DNA of 39,025 nt from IMG/VR virus record IMGVR_UViG_3300005323_000028, positions 1-39,025 of that record. One strand, written 5' to 3'. The first letter of the stretch is position 1. Every line of letters starts with the position of its first letter. Under the pieces are notes generated by a model that saw only the letters and a program-made list of their open reading frames with translations, was not told where the DNA came from and did no database searches. This document shows positions 20,032 to 29,207 of this stretch, one piece after another. The stretch comes from a virus. Its lineage: Duplodnaviria; Caudoviricetes. Position numbers and translations under genes: made by a program.

Positions 20032-20361
20032 TCAGCCAAGTGCGAGCCAATGAACCTGCTCACTATCTTTGTTGATATCTGTATCAAGTCCGATAGTAAA
20101 ACCACGATCACTAACCGTAATACCAAGAGAGGTAATAGGTGCGGCAGTACCAGCTGCAATTCTTTTATGAGCATGAGCTGCTGTCATACCTTCAAACCAT
20201 TCTTCCTGATCACCAGATGTTAAGTTTACAACTTTCACATATCTGGGTTTGAAACCAAGGTCACTATAAGTATAAGCAGCTTCTGTACCAGTATCTATGT
20301 ACATACCAGTTGCCATCCTTGTGACATTTAAGGGAGTTTTTGTACTTGCTGTAATAGCCAT
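20032..20361 (-). CDS. Small head-associated protein (possible decoration protein)
   Basis: Follows the capsid gene; LGFKPRYVKV motif. Confidence 0.55.
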   Translation of the reverse strand: MAITASTKTPLNVTRMATGMYIDTGTEAAYTYSDLGFKPRYVKVVNLTSGDQEEWFEGMTAAHAHKRIAAGTAAPITSLGITVSDRGFTIGLDTDINKDSEQVHWLALG

Positions 20362-20391
20362 AATTTTATTCCTTTTTTAATATTTTAATAA

Positions 20392-21360
20392 TTAAGCTGT
20401 AACACCATGATGAATAACGACCAAATTACCTTGATCTAGTATCTTAGCTATATAAGCAGCTTTCCAACCAGAGGTAGATCTTTGATTCAATGGATCGGCT
20501 GTACCAGCAGAACCTAGAGGTTTGACAATGTTTTGCAAAGCCGCACCGGAGATTCTGGATTGAGCAACAGCGTTTTGACCAAGGATGATAGTGTAATGGA
20601 CAGGACCACTATCGGCATTAGCTGTAGCTAACTGATAAGCATTGGTACTCATAATGAAACGGACATTTCCCAAAGCTCCAATCTCATCTGGCATAACACC
20701 AGCTTTTGAAGGGTACTTTTCAACAGGAATCCATCCAGTCGCATCATCAAGGTCATAAGCGGTATCTTCAGAGACGATACCCACAAATGATTTTCCGATT
20801 GGAACTGTGTTGTATCCAGTAGAAGGATCAATCATAGAAGTAATGGGTTTAGCATTATTTCCACGAAGAGTACGAACAGCTTGTTTAATTTCATCACGAT
20901 TCAATTTCATTGCTGCTGTCAAAGTAGCATCACTAACAGCGGTTGAAGCATATTGAATTGTTGTGCCTGCAGCCATAACATCTCTACAAAGTTGATCAAG
21001 AGAATCACCAGCTTGCTCACCTAAAATTTCAGCTGTTTCGGTAAGAATGGGATCGTATGTTTCCAAAACGACCTTATCTGTCAGAGTAATATAATCACCG
21101 TAATAAAGAACTGTAGCAGTTACATCTGTAACACTAAGTTGTGTACCAGCGGGTGTAACACCTTCAGTCAAAGCTGTTGTTTGAGCTGTAAGCGAACCAT
21201 ACTTTCTGAATTTAATAACATTAGTACCAGAGTTGGCTGGTATATCTCTCACTTGAGCAAAGCGGTTATGCACGAATGCAGGAACTGCCCTTTCAAGTAA
21301 AGCACGACTATAGAAATTATTTACTTCTATAGGAATTTCGGTCCTAGTTGTATTTGCCAT
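20392..21360 (-). CDS. Major capsid protein, N4-gp56 family
   Basis: IPANSGTNVIKFRKY, LTEGVTP, EIGALGNVRF and ADPLNQRSTSGWK motifs; ATG at 21360 preferred over TTG at 21375. Confidence 0.92.
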   Translation of the reverse strand: MANTTRTEIPIEVNNFYSRALLERAVPAFVHNRFAQVRDIPANSGTNVIKFRKYGSLTAQTTALTEGVTPAGTQLSVTDVTATVLYYGDYITLTDKVVLETYDPILTETAEILGEQAGDSLDQLCRDVMAAGTTIQYASTAVSDATLTAAMKLNRDEIKQAVRTLRGNNAKPITSMIDPSTGYNTVPIGKSFVGIVSEDTAYDLDDATGWIPVEKYPSKAGVMPDEIGALGNVRFIMSTNAYQLATANADSGPVHYTIILGQNAVAQSRISGAALQNIVKPLGSAGTADPLNQRSTSGWKAAYIAKILDQGNLVVIHHGVTA

Positions 21361-21394
21361 ATTTGTTTTTAACAATAATAATAACTAAAGCAAC

Positions 21395-21423
21395 AAAAAA
21401 GCCCGCCCATCATAGGCGAGCTT
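21395..21423 (-). terminator. Intrinsic terminator in the capsid gene leader
   Basis: Minus strand AAAGCTCGCC-TATGATG-GGCGGGCTTT-TTT. Confidence 0.8.
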
Positions 21424-21459
21424 TCGGTTTTTCCGATATTGCTTTCTACTTAAATTATA
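21424..21459 (-). promoter_or_regulatory. TATAAT box plus conserved hairpin motif, copy B
   Basis: TATAAT (21459-21454), 17 nt, then TCGG-AAAAA-CCGA (21436-21424). Confidence 0.7.
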
Positions 21460-21487
21460 GACTAATTTAAGCCAAGCAACAAGGGTA

Positions 21488-22021
21488 TTACATAATATCT
21501 CTCATTGGTTTACCGGTCTTATCATCAATTCTATCCATTGATATATTGCTACCAGCGGCAGCAGTTAGTTTGTATGATTCGGATAAAACTTGAGCTATTT
21601 GCTCTGGAATATCTACAAACACACCTTTGGGAATAAAATATTTATAACCATTAAGCTGGACCGTTTCAACAGATCCGGAAACAACATATTGATATTTCTC
21701 TCCATTCTTACCGGTACGCCATTCAACAACACCTTGTTTTTCACTTCCTTCAAGGGGTAGTAGGAATCTAACTTTTGGTTGCTCTTCCAACCTTTTCTTC
21801 ATAATCATAGCTTTAGATAGCCATTGTTGTTCAAAGGCTTTCTTTTCAGCTGGTGATTCTACCTCTTCAAGTGTTTTAACTTTCTCTACTGCCTTTTTAG
21901 CATCCAAGGTATTAATAACAGCTAGTACTTGAGCTTTAGTGTTAAAGCTTTTAACTTCCTCTTCAGGCATACCTAGCTTTACTAACTCTTTCTGTAATTC
22001 TTTAAGTGTTCTTTCTTCCAT
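21488..22021 (-). CDS. Hypothetical head-cluster protein
   Basis: VQLNGYKYFIPKGVFVDIPEQIAQVL motif, which I associate with N4-gp56-type capsid clusters. Confidence 0.6.
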   Translation of the reverse strand: MEERTLKELQKELVKLGMPEEEVKSFNTKAQVLAVINTLDAKKAVEKVKTLEEVESPAEKKAFEQQWLSKAMIMKKRLEEQPKVRFLLPLEGSEKQGVVEWRTGKNGEKYQYVVSGSVETVQLNGYKYFIPKGVFVDIPEQIAQVLSESYKLTAAAGSNISMDRIDDKTGKPMRDIM

Positions 22022-22044
22022 TTTATTTATATTTAATTATTAAA

Positions 22045-22641
22045 TTAATTTCCTAGTCTACCAAGAACTTGTGATTTCTTAGCTTCAAAATCATCTTTTG
22101 GAGCTGATAGCCAATCATTAGCTTGTCCGGCTGGTTTTCTAACTGAACTTCCCGGATTCTTTGTTTCTTCTACTATTCTAGCAGCGGCTCTCTCTTTAGC
22201 TGCTCCCCTCTTTTCAGCATCTTTAGCTGATACCATATTAGCTAAGTTAGATACCGGTACTCTTGAATAATCAGGATGAGACTTATAAATCTCTACAGCG
22301 TGACGATATTTAGCCATTTCCGGATTAGCATTAAAAAAGGTATCAAACTCTAGTCTTTTCTTAACCTCTTCAATCGGACCACCGTACTTCTTCTCTACAA
22401 TCTTTTCAATTCTGGCTCTGTCCTCTGGATCTGTATCTTCATCCTCTTCTTCTACCGGTGCTGTTGGTTTATATTCCAACACTTCCTTATCTATCAGGCT
22501 TGTTTCATCAAAGCTCTCTTCCTTCTCCTCTCCCTCAATCTTTTCTTCTTTATCCTCCCCACCCTTGTCATTTGATTCTTCTACCTCTTCTTCTTTTTTA
22601 ACTTCTTCTTGAACCTCTTCATTTTTTATTTCTTCTGGCAT
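22045..22641 (-). CDS. Putative capsid scaffolding protein
   Basis: Highly acidic, low-complexity N-terminus; located between portal and capsid genes. Confidence 0.7.
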   Translation of the reverse strand: MPEEIKNEEVQEEVKKEEEVEESNDKGGEDKEEKIEGEEKEESFDETSLIDKEVLEYKPTAPVEEEDEDTDPEDRARIEKIVEKKYGGPIEEVKKRLEFDTFFNANPEMAKYRHAVEIYKSHPDYSRVPVSNLANMVSAKDAEKRGAAKERAAARIVEETKNPGSSVRKPAGQANDWLSAPKDDFEAKKSQVLGRLGN

Positions 22642-22651
22642 AGTTTTATAT

Positions 22652-22686
22652 TCGGTTTTTCCGATAATAAGTAATAAGTAATTATA
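22652..22686 (-). promoter_or_regulatory. TATAAT box plus conserved hairpin motif, copy C
   Basis: TATAAT (22686-22681), 16 nt, TCGG-AAAAA-CCGA (22664-22652), 10 nt, ATG. Confidence 0.7.
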
Positions 22687-23013
22687 CTATTTTTTGTTTT
22701 TTTCTTCCAACTCTATTGTGGTATAGGGATCATCCTCATTATAGGTTGATGGCTCTACTGGCTCTAGCTTCTCAATCCAGAATGTCGGAGTATTAATAAT
22801 ATCTTTGTAAGCCTTCAGCTTGTCTCTTAATCTGTCTATTTGCTCTTTAGTTTCCTCATCACCCATTCCATCTATAATCTGATTCCGGATAATATCAATG
22901 TTAGCATTGACGATAGCTTCCACCAATAACCATCCCGGATGTTTTAATAAGCTCTTAAAGTTTAGTAAAGATTGCTCTCTATTTTTAAGACTTTCAAAAT
23001 CTAAATTAATCAT
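22687..23013 (-). CDS. Small helical protein downstream of the portal gene
   Basis: LLKHPGWLLV motif; ATGA overlap with the portal gene; usual slot in podovirus head modules. Confidence 0.6.
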   Translation of the reverse strand: MINLDFESLKNREQSLLNFKSLLKHPGWLLVEAIVNANIDIIRNQIIDGMGDEETKEQIDRLRDKLKAYKDIINTPTFWIEKLEPVEPSTYNEDDPYTTIELEEKNKK

Positions 23014-25010
23014 CTGATATTACTAGTTTGACTTGGACTAATAGATGGTATTTGACTTGGTACACCTTCAGGCATTACCTGATTAATATCCTGATTCATA
23101 TCTGTCTCATTAGTCTCTGCTGGAAAAAACTCTGGATTAGTCTTTTTAATACTTAATGCTTCCTTATGAGTTTTAATATGAGCTTTAGAGGCATTAGTTT
23201 CTTTAGCCATAGCATGAATCTCTAAGTGGACCATATGATCATCTTCTGGTAAGACTGGCACTAACTTATCCTCATTCAATAAAATATTCTGATCTTCAGC
23301 AATTCTCTCATCTATTGTTGGCGGGAACATTCTATCAATCTCATCTTTCTTCTTACCATTCATTCTGGCCCATTCTTTCCAGATATAACGCCTATTAGCT
23401 GTTGGCTCTTGTAGGGCTGATGTATAGAAAGGTGTAAGTATTGCCCTATCTTCCATATCTTTAGCTCTACTTACCACTTGTGATTCAATATAAATATCCG
23501 GATCTAGTCGGCAAATAATATCCTTTTTAGATAATGGTCGCCATTTAGCACCAAATGCACCCACTACTCTTAATACTTTCTCGTCTATATCATCAGCAAA
23601 GTTATCTTTATACATGTTGTACCAGAATTGCCAAAACCTCTTCTCGGACCAACCAAAGACTTTAGCTCCAAGTGAGTATCTAGTATCTGAAGCAGCCGCT
23701 ACTAAATTAGTTTCACCCAATGGCCTATCCTGTTGTGATTGCATTCCCATTTTAATATCAGGGGTAGCGGTTGCTTTCTGGGCTGAAGCATCAAGTGATA
23801 GATAGATAAATTCTAGTAACTGCATGTTTGGCCGATTCTTAATCAAAGGTGTTACTGCATTAGCGACTGATTCACCAGCAGTCGCATCTATTCCAATAAA
23901 CTTGTTGTAGTCAAAATCCAAGTCTGCCTTATTCTTAACCTTGTTAGTATCATAAACATACATCGGGTATAGATCCGCTTTCATGGCTTTTAATCCTAGA
24001 TTCTGGGCAATAGCTCTGGCTCTTTGCTTATCTTCTGTAAGATCCGGAATTGATGTACCATCCCAATCATGAGACGAAGGATAAAGAGGTCTATCTAAAA
24101 TTGGCCAATAGTCTCTCTTTAACACCTTAACTCCGATAATCTTACTTCGGTCATTAGCTAACCACACTTTAACTTTCTTTATCTTGCCATTAACTTCAGC
24201 ATGAGTAAACCATTGTGTAATTGTATATTGAGCATTTACCCCTAACAGAGCTTCTTTTTCTTTATTTACATTCTGATTGTTCTGGGCATCATCTCTAGCT
24301 GTTACCGCATCTTCTAGTAAAGAATAGGTACTAGAACCATATTTAATATCTTCAAACTTAATTCCCTTATCAATCCAAGGATGTTCCATCATCTCCCCTT
24401 TAGTCATTTTAATCTCACTACCACCGAATCTCATAGCTCCTTTACCACCCCTATCTCCATTAACCGAAGTAGCCGCTGGATCACGAAGCCATGTAATAAA
24501 ATCAATGTTTTCTGGTAATGGATAAAAGATATTGTTATCCGGATCTCTCTCAAACTCTTCCATCAACACTAGCCCTCTTCCAGCAAAACATGTGGACCAA
24601 ATCCAGTTATAATCCAAAACATCCTTTTCCATATCGTCATAGTCAGCTAAAGCCATAGCATTTAAGTTATCTGCTGTCTCTTCATCCCCATCCTCTCTAC
24701 CTCTAAAATCTACCATTAATTTATCGTTATAAAGTGAAGCTAAAACTGTTTGGAATATAGTAAACATGGTGGTATCACCTACTGCATCCTTATCTCTCTT
24801 CTGGTTGTTAAACAGTTTAAGTCTTACCTGTAACTCATCTTTCTTTGGTTTCTGGTGTTTCCAAGCTACATCATATTCACTCTGGACTTGTTGTTGTAAT
24901 GCTTGTCTATCAACACCATCTTCTTTCTTGCCCTCTTTCGGTTTCTCCATTGATTTATCTTTTGATTCTAAAACTTTATCGTTGTTAAGTTCTTCTTTTG
25001 TTTTAGCCAT
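23010..25010 (-). CDS. Portal protein (P22-like)
   Basis: 666 aa; DFRGREDGDEETADNLNA, CFAGRG and WLRDP motifs; position after TerL. Confidence 0.85.
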   Translation of the reverse strand: MAKTKEELNNDKVLESKDKSMEKPKEGKKEDGVDRQALQQQVQSEYDVAWKHQKPKKDELQVRLKLFNNQKRDKDAVGDTTMFTIFQTVLASLYNDKLMVDFRGREDGDEETADNLNAMALADYDDMEKDVLDYNWIWSTCFAGRGLVLMEEFERDPDNNIFYPLPENIDFITWLRDPAATSVNGDRGGKGAMRFGGSEIKMTKGEMMEHPWIDKGIKFEDIKYGSSTYSLLEDAVTARDDAQNNQNVNKEKEALLGVNAQYTITQWFTHAEVNGKIKKVKVWLANDRSKIIGVKVLKRDYWPILDRPLYPSSHDWDGTSIPDLTEDKQRARAIAQNLGLKAMKADLYPMYVYDTNKVKNKADLDFDYNKFIGIDATAGESVANAVTPLIKNRPNMQLLEFIYLSLDASAQKATATPDIKMGMQSQQDRPLGETNLVAAASDTRYSLGAKVFGWSEKRFWQFWYNMYKDNFADDIDEKVLRVVGAFGAKWRPLSKKDIICRLDPDIYIESQVVSRAKDMEDRAILTPFYTSALQEPTANRRYIWKEWARMNGKKKDEIDRMFPPTIDERIAEDQNILLNEDKLVPVLPEDDHMVHLEIHAMAKETNASKAHIKTHKEALSIKKTNPEFFPAETNETDMNQDINQVMPEGVPSQIPSISPSQTSNIR

Positions 25011-25011
25011 A

Positions 25012-25344
25012 TTATGCTTCTCCCTTTTTGATATTTAATTTAGCTTGCTCAAATTTATCAAGCATATCTTGCTCTTTGTCTGATAGCTCTACTCCTAAAA
25101 TATTGTCTATAGTAGCCGCAGCACCGGCATAACACATCTTAATTACCTCATCTTTCTCTCCCTTACTTAACTTCTTTTGACCTTTAACCGGAGTAATAAC
25201 CAAATATGAAGAAAAGAGTTGGCCATCACTTATAACATCCCAAATAAACACATCTTCATTGATCATTCTTACATAAATTGGAAAGCCTTTATAAGTAATA
25301 ACCATCAACACCTGCATTATTCCCTTATTTTTCTTTTTGGCCAT
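25012..25344 (-). CDS. Hypothetical protein
   Basis: 110-aa ORF with TATAAT-N6-ATG start. Confidence 0.65.
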   Translation of the reverse strand: MAKKKNKGIMQVLMVITYKGFPIYVRMINEDVFIWDVISDGQLFSSYLVITPVKGQKKLSKGEKDEVIKMCYAGAAATIDNILGVELSDKEQDMLDKFEQAKLNIKKGEA

Positions 25345-25358
25345 ATATTAATTATACT

Positions 25359-26255
25359 TTAATTGTTGATTAAATAACCGTCAAAGGCTGACTTGCCATC
25401 TACATCAGAAGCACTAGCAGTCGCCTGTACTTTAATTATGCAAGGACCAGCATATTTAATTGGATTATAAAAATGTTTTTCAATATTATTACTACCGGTA
25501 GATTGAACCGATAAATCGTTTTTTCTTAAAAAACAGGTAGTATTAACATTTGGTGATTCGTTAACTCTTATCTCAAAGTTGGCATCAGCCTGCACACCAG
25601 ATGCTTTTGCTATACCAGCACCCCACCTAGTTAAGTAGAAAGATTGAATAGAAGGTACTCCATAAATAGCCATTTCTGTCTGACCATCACCGGGCATTAT
25701 AACTGCTGTTACTGTTGTATCAGTTGCTGCTGTTGCACTTATAGTTCCTACATTCGGACCACTAGCACCACAAGTCAAAACTTTCATTCGGTGAATAATT
25801 ACATAAGAATTAACAGTATTTACCGGTGTTATACCATTAAGAATTATATCTTCTGATGTTTCCGCTAAATCCCAAGTCTTTAATCCATAAATACGAATTG
25901 TCCTAGCACCTGTACCCGCAGGATCACCATCATCATCAGCTGATGTAGATACAATCGCATGAATCCTAGCAGCTGTCGGAGCTAACCATATCTGTTGAGT
26001 TGGTGTTGCATCAGCTCTTGACCATATATCTGTAGCTGTAGTCTGGATACCGCTTGTAGCCGCACCAAATTTGTTTACTGAAGTTATACCTGATACCAAG
26101 CCTCTAGCCACTTGCAATGGAAAATCTAATACTACTGACGTATCTAAAGATTCTATCCCTATTGGAATTGCTACACCCTCTACTCCCGGACCAACCGATT
26201 CCCACTTCTCCGGATCAGCATCAGTTCTTACCTGTAATCTTGCTTCTTCTGCCAT
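25359..26255 (-). CDS. Hypothetical beta-rich virion-like protein
   Basis: VNKFG..TDIW, IVSTSADDDG..GTGARTIRIYGL and ILNGITPV motifs. Confidence 0.6.
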   Translation of the reverse strand: MAEEARLQVRTDADPEKWESVGPGVEGVAIPIGIESLDTSVVLDFPLQVARGLVSGITSVNKFGAATSGIQTTATDIWSRADATPTQQIWLAPTAARIHAIVSTSADDDGDPAGTGARTIRIYGLKTWDLAETSEDIILNGITPVNTVNSYVIIHRMKVLTCGASGPNVGTISATAATDTTVTAVIMPGDGQTEMAIYGVPSIQSFYLTRWGAGIAKASGVQADANFEIRVNESPNVNTTCFLRKNDLSVQSTGSNNIEKHFYNPIKYAGPCIIKVQATASASDVDGKSAFDGYLINN

Positions 26256-26570
26256 TTACATCTCACCGGATTTTATTTTAGCTATCACCGCTTGAAACTC
26301 TTTGCTTTCCAGCGACTTAGCATCAACCGGCTCTTTACCTAAAACTTTAATACTATGTATTTGAAAATCACCCTCCATCTTAGTTTGATCACTCTTATCA
26401 TCTAACCCCATTGCCTTTCCACTTCTTTTGCCTACCATTTCTACCTTCATAACTACATATTTCTGATCTCCAACTTCCATAGACACTATTTCTGGTAAAT
26501 CAATCTGTCTTAATCCGTAAAGAGTAGGTAATTCCCGGCCTTCATGTATTGGCATACCATCATTTATCAT
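26256..26570 (-). CDS. Hypothetical protein
   Basis: 104-aa ORF with TATAAT-N5-ATG start. Confidence 0.6.
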   Translation of the reverse strand: MINDGMPIHEGRELPTLYGLRQIDLPEIVSMEVGDQKYVVMKVEMVGKRSGKAMGLDDKSDQTKMEGDFQIHSIKVLGKEPVDAKSLESKEFQAVIAKIKSGEM

Positions 26571-26587
26571 AATTAATTATACAATGT

Positions 26588-26800
26588 TTAGAGTTCAATT
26601 TCTTGGTTCTCATCTATTAACTCACTCCCTGTTGGTTCTATTCTAACCACTATCCCATCCATCTTATGGACCATAATCTTTCCAAAGGCTATCTTTCTCA
26701 ACTTATAGATTAAAACTGCCTCTCTTTTGGTGATAGTAACATTCACCTTCTTTTCTGGCTTAAATGGTTTGTAGGATTCTTTATCTATAGTAGGGATCAT
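26588..26800 (-). CDS. Small DUF2292/YezD-like protein
   Basis: LRKIAFGKIMVHKMDGIVVRIE resembles the DUF2292 pattern (hhxxhxFGxhxhxhxDGxhhxIE); overlaps the TerL 3' end. Confidence 0.55.
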   Translation of the reverse strand: MIPTIDKESYKPFKPEKKVNVTITKREAVLIYKLRKIAFGKIMVHKMDGIVVRIEPTGSELIDENQEIEL

Positions 26801-28082
26801 CGTTTATTTTATTAGTAACAACTGAATGTCCTGAATTAATTATATCCCGATAAGACACCGCAAAGTAGCGGAAACTATCAGCACCATGGCTGGCCCAGTC
26901 ATGTTCCGGCTTTGATTTGAATATCTGGTTATCTTCATCCCATTCCTTGTGATAGCTATTAAGACAATCCAAACCCTTCTCACACTTCTCTTTATCAAAC
27001 CAACACCGATTCAAAATGTTTCTAACCGCTTGGATACCATCATTAATATCTAATTTGGGTACTACCTTAAAGTCTATTCCTAAACTCTTGGCCACTTCTA
27101 GCCTACTTTTACCAGTTCCTAACTCTCTTACTGCAATATCGTGGGGAGCATAATGTTCACCATAAACATAGTTTTTGGCTACTAATTGCTGAATATAGTA
27201 ATTTATGCCTTCACCAGAGCCGCTTAAATAGTCAATAAATCTTATTTCGTGTCCAACTACCTGATAAAACCAAATTGTCATACTGTCATCCATACCTAGA
27301 TCCCAAGCGGTATTAACTTTACCATTCATATCATAGGGTACTGATGTTATCCGGCCTTCCTTTTCTGCCTCCATCATTTGCGGTCCAAAGTAAGATCCCT
27401 GTATTGGTACTTCAAAACTACACATATACTCCTGCTCATACAAAGCCCCGGTACTGTCTTTCCTCAACATCTCTTCTCTCTCTTGAGCTAACACCGCCCA
27501 ATCCATCGCCTTAGTATCTTCTACTGTTGATACCAAAGAATACCAAACATCCGGATAGGCTCTAGCTGTTTGTAATGTACTAAAGCCATGATTCTTTCCT
27601 CTTGGAGTATAGATGAATGCTGCCCACCCACCATTCTCCGCAAGGATAGGTCTTAAATAATCCCATGCTGCTGGATTCTGTAGCGACCACTCGGAAAAGA
27701 CACACCCAATAGGATTCGTACCCATTAGTGAATCAATGTTATCTGAACCAACTAACTGAAATATAGATCCATTCTTATATTCAATTAACATCTCACCATT
27801 GTCAGTCCTCTTCCTTAATTCCTTTGGGAAATGATCGGTAAACTTAAACCCACCTCTATCCATACCATACCAAATAGTTTTCTTAGCTTGCTTATAAGTC
27901 GGAAAGATATAAAAGTAACTCCCTTTCCTTTCCCACATAGCTTTAGCCACATAATTTATTAGTGTCTTATCTTTACCCGATCTTCTGTGAGCTACCCACA
28001 CCAATCTCTTTTTACCTGAATCCAAGGCTTCTAGGACCGGCAACTGATAGTCTCTAGGCTCAAACATGTATGGTAGATTCAT
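26781..28082 (-). CDS. terL: Terminase large subunit
   Basis: Walker A-type HRRSGKD, CVFSEW, YTPRGKNH, nuclease AWDLGMDD and HGADSFRY motifs. Confidence 0.95.
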   Translation of the reverse strand: MNLPYMFEPRDYQLPVLEALDSGKKRLVWVAHRRSGKDKTLINYVAKAMWERKGSYFYIFPTYKQAKKTIWYGMDRGGFKFTDHFPKELRKRTDNGEMLIEYKNGSIFQLVGSDNIDSLMGTNPIGCVFSEWSLQNPAAWDYLRPILAENGGWAAFIYTPRGKNHGFSTLQTARAYPDVWYSLVSTVEDTKAMDWAVLAQEREEMLRKDSTGALYEQEYMCSFEVPIQGSYFGPQMMEAEKEGRITSVPYDMNGKVNTAWDLGMDDSMTIWFYQVVGHEIRFIDYLSGSGEGINYYIQQLVAKNYVYGEHYAPHDIAVRELGTGKSRLEVAKSLGIDFKVVPKLDINDGIQAVRNILNRCWFDKEKCEKGLDCLNSYHKEWDEDNQIFKSKPEHDWASHGADSFRYFAVSYRDIINSGHSVVTNKINDDPYYR

Positions 28083-28612
28083 TTCTTTTTAGCTGGTTTA
28101 TGGTAATTAGTTATCTTGACGATAATTTCTTTATCTCCACTCCCTTCTACATCTAGCTTTTTCTTAATCTTCAATCCAGTCTCTAAATACTTATGTCTTA
28201 TCATAAAGTCGGGAACTTCAATAAAATCAGCGGTACTACTGGTAGCACTCTTGCCCGGATTAATAGCACTTACCACCCTATTAGCATCCAAACCCTCATG
28301 GAGTACTTTCATCAATTTCTCATCAGGTAATTCCTTTAGTAACTCTTGCCATGATTTTGTTTTAGTTACACTCTGCGGACTATTAATTGTCGCTTCACTA
28401 TACTTTAATTCACGCATGGCTTTAGTTACATTTCCACCATTTTCCACCACTTTTACAAATACCTTTCTAATTCGTGGTTTGATATGGACCTTCTTTTTGG
28501 CTGGTGTTTTTTTCTTACTAGCTAATTTCTTTACTATTACATTCTCTTTTGGCTTATTATCATGTAGATAATCACCAACTCTTTGTTTTGCTTTCGCTTT
28601 TGTTTTTGCCAT
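28079..28612 (-). CDS. terS: Terminase small subunit
   Basis: Immediately upstream of and overlapping TerL; HTH-like GGNVTKAMRELKYSEAT. Confidence 0.75.
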   Translation of the reverse strand: MAKTKAKAKQRVGDYLHDNKPKENVIVKKLASKKKTPAKKKVHIKPRIRKVFVKVVENGGNVTKAMRELKYSEATINSPQSVTKTKSWQELLKELPDEKLMKVLHEGLDANRVVSAINPGKSATSSTADFIEVPDFMIRHKYLETGLKIKKKLDVEGSGDKEIIVKITNYHKPAKKK

Positions 28613-28621
28613 AATTAGTCT

Positions 28622-28656
28622 CCGGTTTTTCCGGTAACATGTATATATTAATTATA
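28622..28656 (-). promoter_or_regulatory. TATAAT box plus conserved hairpin motif, copy D
   Basis: TATAAT (28656-28651), 16 nt, CCGG-AAAAA-CCGG (28634-28622), 9 nt, ATG of terS. Confidence 0.7.
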
Positions 28657-28798
28657 GCTTATTTCTGTAATCAATTATTTTGGTAGCTTTACTTTTATTA
28701 CACTTACTACACGAAGGTGAACATGTTTTAGAAATCAAACATTTATATTTGACAGTAAAATTCTTTCCACAAATTACACACTTTCTATTATCCAACAT
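28652..28798 (-). CDS. Small Zn-finger protein (48 aa; below the ORF track cutoff)
   Basis: MLDNRKCVICGKNFTVKYKCLISKTCSPSC...; CxxC...CxxxC pattern. Confidence 0.55.
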   Translation of the reverse strand: MLDNRKCVICGKNFTVKYKCLISKTCSPSCSKCNKSKATKIIDYRNKL

Positions 28799-29204
28799 CG
28801 TAATTTTCAAAAAATTTAGCTTTTCGCCTACCTTTAATTTTATTCAATAAAAGTTTTTTCTTCAATTTATAAACATCTGTTATGTTACTAGGAGAACTCT
28901 TTACATCTTCAATTACATACACTCCATCCTCATAATAACTGAAGTCGGCAAAGTAATGGATCGGTCTTATCTTTTCATGGCCAATCCAGAATCCCTTTAG
29001 TAGTATAAACTTCGGCTGTTGTTTTAGACGACTGATAATGCCACTCTTCTTTAAAACGTGCAGTACATCGCATCTAGTAGCTTCCTTTTTTGAATCATGT
29101 AGGTGTTTTTGCCTACAATAGGTCTTTTTCGCACCATACTTATTATTTCCGGCTCTACGCTTGCCGATATGTTTCTGGTACTGCTTAATAGACATTTCAA
29201 TCAT
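28788..29204 (-). CDS. DUF1064-family PD-(D/E)XK endonuclease-like protein
   Basis: NKYGAKKT, DSKKEA, QPKFIL, YFADFSY and IEDVK motifs; ATG at 29204 preferred. Confidence 0.85.
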   Translation of the reverse strand: MIEMSIKQYQKHIGKRRAGNNKYGAKKTYCRQKHLHDSKKEATRCDVLHVLKKSGIISRLKQQPKFILLKGFWIGHEKIRPIHYFADFSYYEDGVYVIEDVKSSPSNITDVYKLKKKLLLNKIKGRRKAKFFENYDVG

Positions 29205-29207
29205 TTG

